Below are positions 59,850 through 64,000 of a stretch of DNA of 64,000 bases, in pieces. Location of the stretch: positions 481,992-545,991 of the forward strand of contig CAVXEP010000032.1 of NCBI GenBank assembly GCA_963760795.1, read 5' to 3'. Source of the DNA: an uncultured delta proteobacterium (GTDB taxonomy: Bacteria > Desulfobacterota > Binatia > UBA9968). The stretch's first letter is position 1, and every line of letters starts with the position of its first letter. A program made the translations under genes and the position numbers. The notes beneath the pieces were generated by a model, which was not told the origin of the DNA, did no database searches, and saw only the letters and a list, made by a program, of their open reading frames with translations.

Positions 59850-60965
59850 GTGGCGAAACGCGATACCAGTTATGAAATATGGATGCGGCAAGAGGCGATT
59901 CCGGTGGTCGAGGGGTACGGCGTCGAGGATGTGACGCAATTGGCGCTGCAACCTTGGCAGCGCACTGGCGGCAAGGGCGCGTTCATCGACTTGAAAGGGA
60001 TGGAAGGTTTCACCGGCATGTATGTCAGTGAAATTCCTCCCGGCGGCGCGCTCAATGCGGAAAATCATCTCTACGAAGAATTGATTTACATTATCAAGGG
60101 CATCGGCGCCACCGAACTTTGGTCCGCCGGCGAAGAGAAACGTAAAATGCATTTCGAGTGGCATCAGGGCAGCCTATTCGCCATCCCGCTCAATACGCGC
60201 CATCGGATGATCAACGGCAGCAAAGAGCCGGTGTTCTTTCTCGCCGTTACCAGCGCGCCGCTGATGATCGACCTGCTGCACAATATTCCATTCGTCATGG
60301 GTAGCGATTATAAGTTTGGCGACCGCTTCGACGCCGAAAGTAATTACTTCGTGCCGACCAACTCGCGCAAGGAACTCGGCGGTTTTATCAATTGGGAAAC
60401 TAACTTCATCGCCGACGCCCGCGGTGCCCTGGTTGATCCATCGGAAGCCAAAGGCTTCGGCGTGAAGATCACGTCCTTCGACATGGGCGGTAGCAGCCTG
60501 GTCGGACACATCGCCGAGTGGCCGGTGGGGCGCTACCACAAGGCGCATTTCCACCAGGGCGGCGCGATCTTACTCATCCTGCGTTCCCAGGGTTACACGC
60601 TCATGTGGCCCCAGGAGGCTGGGTTGCGTCCTTATAAGAACGGTAACGCCGATAAAGTCGTGCGCGTCGACTGGTGCGAAGGCAGCGTATTTAGCCCGCC
60701 CAGCGGCTGGTTCCACCAACATTTCAACACCGGTAAAGAGCAGGCGCGCCAGCTGGCGTTTCGCTATAGCGGCCAATCGGGGAAATATCTGCTCGGCTGT
60801 TGGCGCGCGATCAACAAAGAAGGCGTGCGCACCAGCACCCGCGAAGGCGGCACCCTGATCGAATACGAGGATGAAGATCCGCAGTTTCGTATCGACTTCG
60901 AGGCGGCCATCAAGAAACTTGGTGTGCCGTCTGAGATGCCGCACTTCGATTACGCGGGTCTATAG
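59850..60965 (+). CDS. Bicupin protein (gentisate-dioxygenase-like fold)
   Basis: HLYEEL..IPLNTRH and HKAHFH..PPSGWFHQHFN cupin motifs. Confidence 0.78.
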   Translation: MAKRDTSYEIWMRQEAIPVVEGYGVEDVTQLALQPWQRTGGKGAFIDLKGMEGFTGMYVSEIPPGGALNAENHLYEELIYIIKGIGATELWSAGEEKRKMHFEWHQGSLFAIPLNTRHRMINGSKEPVFFLAVTSAPLMIDLLHNIPFVMGSDYKFGDRFDAESNYFVPTNSRKELGGFINWETNFIADARGALVDPSEAKGFGVKITSFDMGGSSLVGHIAEWPVGRYHKAHFHQGGAILLILRSQGYTLMWPQEAGLRPYKNGNADKVVRVDWCEGSVFSPPSGWFHQHFNTGKEQARQLAFRYSGQSGKYLLGCWRAINKEGVRTSTREGGTLIEYEDEDPQFRIDFEAAIKKLGVPSEMPHFDYAGL

Positions 60966-61095
60966 AGGAAAAGATTTTTGGCCGCAAAGAACGCAAAAAA
61001 AAGACGAAATATCGGGGCGGGGCTTGCACCCGCGCTCTTCGATCTTCGTGTCCGTGGTGGCTAGCAAAATGATACGTTCTAACCCAACGCCCGAC

Positions 61096-62220
61096 ATGCG
61101 AAATCTTCTCATGAAACTCTGCATCTGCCTGACCTTGTCTTGCATCCTTGCCTTGCCGCCTGTCACCGGCGCGCAAACGGCAAAACCGGCTTGGCAAGCG
61201 GATTGGGACAAGACCATCGAGCTCGCCAAGAAAGAGGGCAAGGTGGTGGTTTCGCTCACCACCAGCGCCGAACTCAGAGCGGCCATCGAAAAGCAGTTTG
61301 AGAAACGCTTCGGTATTGACGTCGAGCCGGTGGTCGGTCGCGCGACCAGCGTGATCAGAAAAATCATCGATGAATCGCGCGCGGGAGTGGGCTACGTTGA
61401 CGTCCATATCGGTGGCAGTGAGTCGGTGATTACCGGATTGTTGCCCGAGGGAATTCTCCAACCGGTCGAGCCGGCCATGATGCTTCCCGAAGTGCGCGAT
61501 CCCAAACAATGGTGGGGCGGCCATCTCTGGGTCGATAACGCAAAACGGTTTGCTTACACCTCCATGGCTCATTTATCGGAAACTCTTTGGTACAACCCAC
61601 AGAGATTGAAAGGTGAAGAATTCCACTCATTCGACGACCTGCTCGACGAAAAATTTAAAGGTAAAATCGGTTTGCTCGATCCGCGCACACCGGGTTCGGG
61701 CGGTTCCCTGTGGGCTTATTTGAGGGACATCAAAGGCGAGAATTATTTGAAGCGTCTGGTCGGGCAAAAATTATTGATCAGCCGGGACCAGCGGATCTTG
61801 GCGGAAAATCTTGCCAAGGGCACGAGTAGTATCGTCATGGGACTCGGTTACTATTCCTTTGCCACGTTCATCAAATCCGGACTACCGATCCAAGCGCTGC
61901 CGACGCCAAAGGAAGGCACTTACGTCAGCGGCGGTAGCGGGCATCTGGTGATTTTGAAAAATGCGCCGCACGCCAACGCCGGCAATTTATTCGCGAACTG
62001 GTTTTTGAGCAAAGAAGGGCAAGACATTTATGGCAAGGCCTTGGGACAAGGGTCGCGGCGCCTCGATGTCGATACCCGATGGCTACGCGACATCGGCATC
62101 TCAGCCGCGAAGGACGTCATCACCATCGAGCAGTATTATAAGCGCGAGAATCAGTCCGAAGATAAGATTAACCGATCGCGCGAGCCGGCCGCCGCGCTGG
62201 CGCGAAAACTGTTGGACTAG
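61096..62220 (+). CDS. Extracellular solute-binding protein, paralog 2
   Basis: AKKEGKV, WWGGHLWVDN, APHANA..FANWFLSKEGQ. Confidence 0.85.
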   Translation: MRNLLMKLCICLTLSCILALPPVTGAQTAKPAWQADWDKTIELAKKEGKVVVSLTTSAELRAAIEKQFEKRFGIDVEPVVGRATSVIRKIIDESRAGVGYVDVHIGGSESVITGLLPEGILQPVEPAMMLPEVRDPKQWWGGHLWVDNAKRFAYTSMAHLSETLWYNPQRLKGEEFHSFDDLLDEKFKGKIGLLDPRTPGSGGSLWAYLRDIKGENYLKRLVGQKLLISRDQRILAENLAKGTSSIVMGLGYYSFATFIKSGLPIQALPTPKEGTYVSGGSGHLVILKNAPHANAGNLFANWFLSKEGQDIYGKALGQGSRRLDVDTRWLRDIGISAAKDVITIEQYYKRENQSEDKINRSREPAAALARKLLD

Positions 62221-62248
62221 ATTTGCCGTAACGAATGCAAAAAATGCC

Positions 62249-63395
62249 ATGGAAGAAATGCGAAATGTAAGGGTGGCTTTAAAAGCCGCCTTCAAACTGA
62301 TCGGCATGCTGTGCGCCCTTATAGCGATTCCACTCGCGGTATGCGCGCAAACTGCGAAACCTGCTTGGCAAGCCGATTGGGATAAGACCATTGAGCTTGC
62401 CAAGAAGGAAGGCAAGGTGGTGGTGTCCTTGCCGGCCAGCGCCGAGCTGCGCGCGGGTATCGAAAAGCTTTTTGAGAAGCGCTACGGCATCGATGTCGAG
62501 CCCATTGTCGGCCGGGCATCGATGCTGGTGCGCAAGATGATCGACGAGTCCAAGGCCGGTGTGCGCTACGTCGACCTGCACATGGGCGGCAGCGAGTCGG
62601 TGGTGACCGGTATGTTGCCGGAGGGTGTTGTCGACCCGTTAGAACCCTACATGCTGCTGCCCGAAGTCAGAGATCCCAAACAGTGGTGGGGCGGTCATAT
62701 CTGGGTCGATAACCCGAAAAAATTCGTCTACGCCACCCTGGCCTATCAGTCGGAAAGTCTCTGGTTCAATTCCCAACTGATGAAAGCCGAAGATGTCCGC
62801 AGCTTCGACGATCTGCTCGATGAAAAATTAATCGGCAAGATCGGTATTCTCGATCCGCGCACGCCCGGGTCGGGAGCGTCCATGTGGTCCTATTTGCGCG
62901 AGGTGAAGGGCGAGGATTACCTGCGCAAGCTGGTGGGCCAGAAACTGTCCTTGAGCCGCGACCAACGGGTGCTGGCGGAGATTCTCGCTAAGGGTAAAAT
63001 CGCGCTGGTCCTCGGACTCACTTACTATTCCTACGCGCCTTTCATCAAAGCCGGATCTGCCGGTAGCGCCGCTTCCCGTACCCAAGGAAGGTGTCTATGT
63101 CAGCGGCGGCAGCGGCCATCTGGTGGTCCTCAAGAACGCGCCTCATCCCCATGCCACCAAGCTTTTTCTCAATTGGTTCATGGGCCGGGAAGGCCAGGAA
63201 GTTTATACCAAGGCAATGCATCAACCGACGCGACGGCTTGACGTCGACTCAAAGTGGCTGCGCGAGTTCGGCGTCCTGCCGGCGAAAGACCACTTGACCG
63301 TCGAGCAATACTACCGGCGTGAGAACCAGTCGGAGGATAAAATAAACCGATTGCGCGAGCCGGCCGCGGCCTTAGCGCGCAAACTGTTAGGCTAG
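62249..63395 (+). CDS. Extracellular solute-binding protein, paralog 3; frameshift near 63055
   Basis: Collinear with paralog 2; C-terminus lies in ORF 63123-63395. Confidence 0.83.
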
Positions 63396-63404
63396 GGGTA
63401 TTTC

Positions 63405-64000
63405 ATGATTCAAACTCGAATCGCGACACTGGCGTCTCTCCTGATCGCTGCGCTTTTGCTAGCGCCACCCGGTTTCTCTCAAACGAAAAACCCGGAATGG
63501 GACAAGGTCGTCGAGGCCGCCAAGAAGGAAGGGCGCGTCGTCGTGTCGATTCCGACCAGCGCCGAGCTGCGCAAGGAATTCGAAAGCGGTTTTCAAAAAG
63601 CTTTTCCGGGAATCGAATTGGAGTTGAGCGTCGCGCGCGGCGCCAGCAACATCAATAAGATAGTCGAAGAGCAAAGCGCCGGTGTGAAGGGCATCGATCT
63701 TCATATCGGTGGCACGACCTCGATCATCACCGGATTGTTGGCGCAAAATCTTCTCGAACCGGTGATGCCGGCGCTGCTCCTGCCGGAAGTGCGCGATCCC
63801 AAGCACTGGTGGGGCGGCCACATCTGGGCCGACAACGCCAAGAAATTTATCTACGGCTTTACCGCCTACATGACCGAAACTATTTGGTACAACACGACGC
63901 TGGTCAAACCTGAAGAGATTAGCTCCTGGGACAGCCTGCTCGATGCCAAGTGGAAAGGCAAAATAGCGATTCTTGACCCGCGCTCCCCCGGCTCGGGAGA
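63405..64000 (+). CDS. Extracellular solute-binding protein, paralog 4, truncated by the window end
   Basis: MIQTRIATL..EWDKVVEAAKKEGRV..WWGGHIWADN..KWKGKIAILDPR; open to the window end. Confidence 0.83.
   Translation, partial: MIQTRIATLASLLIAALLLAPPGFSQTKNPEWDKVVEAAKKEGRVVVSIPTSAELRKEFESGFQKAFPGIELELSVARGASNINKIVEEQSAGVKGIDLHIGGTTSIITGLLAQNLLEPVMPALLLPEVRDPKHWWGGHIWADNAKKFIYGFTAYMTETIWYNTTLVKPEEISSWDSLLDAKWKGKIAILDPRSPGSG

Noticed and set aside
1-64000. Numerous long antisense and overlapping ORFs in the ORF track
   Set aside because: They shadow well-supported genes, as expected in high-GC DNA, and show no recognisable motifs
1-64000. CRISPR array, rRNA, tRNA (including tRNA-Sec), integrase or transposase
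   Set aside because: No regularly spaced repeats, cloverleaf or recombinase motifs were seen by eye; a tRNAscan/Infernal run would be definitive

Overview
A GC-rich bacterial chromosomal segment. The gene mix (orphan NitT/TauT and family-6 solute-binding proteins, UbiD, TPP enzymes, a Rieske oxygenase, cox subunits) suggests Binatota or a related Deltaproteobacteria lineage; this is inference only. Many single-base frameshifts point to a long-read assembly. Content in order: hemD end and hemB; a minus-strand block of NarL-type regulator, exported protein, exported peroxiredoxin with an in-frame UGA at the catalytic position (probable selenoprotein missed by the ORF track) and cytochrome c'; penicillin acylase; GST; ComD/ComE-like decarboxylase, LLM oxidoreductase and RidA; rpoZ; rpoH-like sigma; coxG/M/S without a large subunit; UbiD; a NEW3/ABC triad; trmL; dtd; lgt; a roughly 9.5 kb copper cluster (His-rich leader ORF, cytochrome c-CusF fusion, CusF lipoprotein, TolC, multicopper oxidase, Met-rich proteins, CopA, a second cytochrome c); TPP enzymes; a Rieske oxygenase; aroE; prkA-yeaH-spoVR; an RfaH-like NusG paralog with a PDZ/GAF kinase; a low-GC islet (MITE, methyltransferase, A-T-TE NRPS-like enzyme with a Cys-type thioesterase); and an SBP-UbiD-cupin-SBPx3 operon whose UbiD has a non-canonical active site. 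No rRNA, tRNA or CRISPR array was seen. The best candidates for an undescribed system are the selenoperoxiredoxin/cytochrome c' regulon, the cytochrome c-CusF copper cluster with its leader ORF, and the Cys-TE A-T-TE enzyme.
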